A DNA stretch of 64,000 bases from positions 1 to 64,000 of the forward strand of contig JBIKLL010000006.1 of NCBI GenBank assembly GCA_044359815.1. Reading direction: 5' to 3'. Origin of the DNA: Pseudobdellovibrionaceae bacterium (lineage in GTDB: Bacteria; Bdellovibrionota; Bdellovibrionia; Bdellovibrionales; Bdellovibrionaceae). A program made the position numbers and the translations under genes. Below the pieces are notes generated by a model. That model was given only the letters and a program-made list of their open reading frames with translations. It did no database searches and was not told the DNA's origin. The stretch's first letter is position 1. Each line of letters starts with the position of its first letter. Shown here piece by piece: positions 61,717-64,000 of this stretch.

Positions 61717-61743
61717 TTATCGGTAAATGGGCAACAATCTCGA
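61717..61743 (-). promoter_or_regulatory. Possible sigma-28 promoter of the Gly-rich gene
   Basis: TCGA-N15-ACCGATAA. Confidence 0.35.
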
Positions 61744-61795
61744 CACTATAGGCTGAGAATCTTGTCTAAAGGCGTTTGTTTTAATTTGATACTTT

Positions 61796-63346
61796 TTGGT
61801 GTTTCATTTTGATACAGTAATCCCTATGCCTACGGAATACCTGCGAAATATTAAGTCAATCGAAACCCTTCAACAAATCATCGAACTGATGCCAGTCGCA
61901 GTGTTTGCCAAAGACCCCAATGATAATTTTAAATTTGTAATCTGGAACCAGGCCGCCTGTGATTTATGGAATCTGAAGGCATCAGATGTACTTGAAAAAA
62001 CAGACTATGATTTATTTCCCAAGCAGCAGGCCGAATTTTTCAGAATGAAGGATATTGAAACTATCGCAGGTAAAAAAATCGTTTTTATCAGCGAAGAATT
62101 GGCATCATCCAACTCTGATAAAGAATGCTGGGTGCGAACTTGGAAGCAGCCCTTGTTTGATTCCAATGGCAAACCCCAATTGTTATTGGGAATCTGCCAA
62201 GACATCACGGCGCTTAAAAAATCTCAGTCGGAAAGTGAATCCTTCGAAAATCAAATTCAGAAAATTTCCCAAAATGCTCCCGGAATTTTGTACCAATTCA
62301 GGTTGCATCCAGACGGTAAAAAATTTGATTTTACTTATATCAGCGCCAGGTCCATGGATTTGTTAGGTATCAATTCCAATGATGTGGTCAACGACGCAAT
62401 GGTCATGATTGATCTGATTCATCCAGATGACAAAAAAGAATTTGAGGAAAAATTGCTCAGAACTCTGGCCAACAAAATTGACTACGATTGGACAGGCAGA
62501 TTTGTTTTAAAAAATGGATCAATCAAGCACATGAGGGCCCTGTCAACGCCCACCCCGCAGCCCGATGGATCCTGTCTGTGGGATGGCATTATCACTGATA
62601 TTACCAGCTTACGTGAAAGCGAAAACGTAATCATAGATTTGCATAACAAAATCAATCATTCTTCCAGACTGGCCGAACTGGGCGAACTGACTGGCGGCAT
62701 CGCCCACGAAATCAATACACCTTTAGGAATCATTTCACTGACAGTTGATTCGACCGAACGGTTTATGACTGAACACAAAATCAATGCACCTAAAATTTCA
62801 GACAATCTTAAGAAAATCAAAGAAACCTCATTTCGAATTGCTAAAATTATTTTAGCAATGAAGGGCTTTGTTAAAACCGAACCCCACAGTCGTCCTGCAG
62901 CGATTTCGTTGTCAAAAATTTTTGACGAAGTTTATGCGATCATGGCATTTAGGCTTAATGGTACAAAAACAAAACTAATCAGCGACGAAATCAATCAAAG
63001 CCTGAATGTTTTGGGTAATCACATATTGCTGACTCAGGTTTTTGTAAATTTATTAAACAATGCCATCGATGCCATCAAAGACAACCAGGACAAATGGATC
63101 AAAGTTTTGGTGCAGGAAACTGCGGACAAAAAAATGATTCAAATCACAGTCAGTGATTCAGGGCTAGGCATCCCCACAGAGTTTCAATCCAGAATATTTG
63201 AGTCCCTGTTTACCACCAAGGTCAAAGAAGGCACTGGATTGGGATTATCAATTTCTAAAAAAATCATGACTGATTTCAAAGGCGACTTGGTTTTGGACAC
63301 TAACGCCAAAAACACCACCTTTATCGTCACCATCCCCAAAGCTTAA
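61796..63346 (+). CDS. PAS-PAS sensor histidine kinase
   Basis: Two PAS regions, IAHEINTPL, NLLNNAIDA, DSGLGI, GTGLGL. Confidence 0.92.
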   Translation: MVFHFDTVIPMPTEYLRNIKSIETLQQIIELMPVAVFAKDPNDNFKFVIWNQAACDLWNLKASDVLEKTDYDLFPKQQAEFFRMKDIETIAGKKIVFISEELASSNSDKECWVRTWKQPLFDSNGKPQLLLGICQDITALKKSQSESESFENQIQKISQNAPGILYQFRLHPDGKKFDFTYISARSMDLLGINSNDVVNDAMVMIDLIHPDDKKEFEEKLLRTLANKIDYDWTGRFVLKNGSIKHMRALSTPTPQPDGSCLWDGIITDITSLRESENVIIDLHNKINHSSRLAELGELTGGIAHEINTPLGIISLTVDSTERFMTEHKINAPKISDNLKKIKETSFRIAKIILAMKGFVKTEPHSRPAAISLSKIFDEVYAIMAFRLNGTKTKLISDEINQSLNVLGNHILLTQVFVNLLNNAIDAIKDNQDKWIKVLVQETADKKMIQITVSDSGLGIPTEFQSRIFESLFTTKVKEGTGLGLSISKKIMTDFKGDLVLDTNAKNTTFIVTIPKA

Positions 63347-64000
63347 GTACTGGTGATTTCGGATTGGCGAAAATGTTTTTTAACCAACGAGGCTTCAGAG
63401 ATTTTCTGAAATTCCACTATCAGATGTCCGCCCAACAAAACGCTGGGATGAAAATTCAATGACAAAATCTGATTAAAAACTTCGGTCCTTTTTTGAAGCG
63501 CTATGTTTTTGTTTTTTCGCATGGATCGCAAATAATTTCTGAGGCTCAGAAAAAACAAGACCGGAAAGGCAAATACACCAATCACAAAAGCGCTCCAATT
63601 GATTCGGGATGGATAAACCCTGACTAATTCAAAACCAGCCAGCTTGGCCAGACATCGCAATTTCATAATTCCGATCGAAAAAATATGTCCAAAATAAACT
63701 CTGTCATCCCCTTTACCAAACCAAATGGATTCGATTTCATTAGGTGGCAGCATCTTGGGGGTTTCAGCTTCAAACAACAAATAACTAAATCGTGATCTGA
63801 GGTTTGAATAATTAGGGGTTGTTACAAAAAACCTTCCCCCCGTTTTTAGCACTCGATTAAATTCTTGAAACACAAACAATTGATTGGGCACATGCTCAAT
63901 GCCCTCTTGGCAAATGGCCACATCCATCTGTTGGTCATCCAGTGGAAAAGTCTTTTGCAAATCCGCACCCTGACATTTAACAAAATTTGGTTTAAAAAAT
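63343..64000 (-). CDS. Class I SAM methyltransferase, 5'-truncated by window edge
   Basis: DVAICQEGIEHV, RVLKTGG, TTPN. Confidence 0.8.
   Translation of the reverse strand, partial: FFKPNFVKCQGADLQKTFPLDDQQMDVAICQEGIEHVPNQLFVFQEFNRVLKTGGRFFVTTPNYSNLRSRFSYLLFEAETPKMLPPNEIESIWFGKGDDRVYFGHIFSIGIMKLRCLAKLAGFELVRVYPSRINWSAFVIGVFAFPVLFFLSLRNYLRSMRKNKNIALQKRTEVFNQILSLNFHPSVLLGGHLIVEFQKISEASLVKKHFRQSEITST

Noticed and set aside
1..64000. tRNA, rRNA, CRISPR-Cas, prophage or defence genes
   Set aside because: None recognised by eye; a covariance-model scan would be needed to exclude small RNAs

Overview
Bacterial chromosomal window with a standard genetic code. Gene content suggests a Bdellovibrio-like predator (inference: four short ~275-aa flagellins, an flgFGAHI-J-MNKL-csrA-fliW operon, many orphan secreted proteins and lipoproteins). 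It also holds a CDP-sugar cluster (rfbF/G/C plus methyltransferases), an FTR1/cytochrome c iron permease, a ferredoxin-nth-doxX-thiBPQ run, ddl, citrate synthase, a menaquinone cluster, an HUH (Y1/RAYT-like) transposase and a PAS histidine kinase. Best candidate for something undescribed: a ~400-nt segment between flgI and flgJ with 15 GGA motifs on the transcribed strand (1 on the other), several in hairpin loops. It resembles a CsrB/RsmZ-type CsrA-binding RNA placed inside the operon that encodes CsrA and FliW, and an ORF coupled to both neighbours spans it. Other notable items are a two-copy REPIN/MITE-like palindromic element, phased GGAC arrays upstream of two flagellin sigma-28 promoters, a 14-nt antisense match between two flagellin leaders, and two adjacent secreted-protein genes each broken by one in-frame stop. 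All calls are by eye; no searches were run. fliC#1-4 are numbered by window order.
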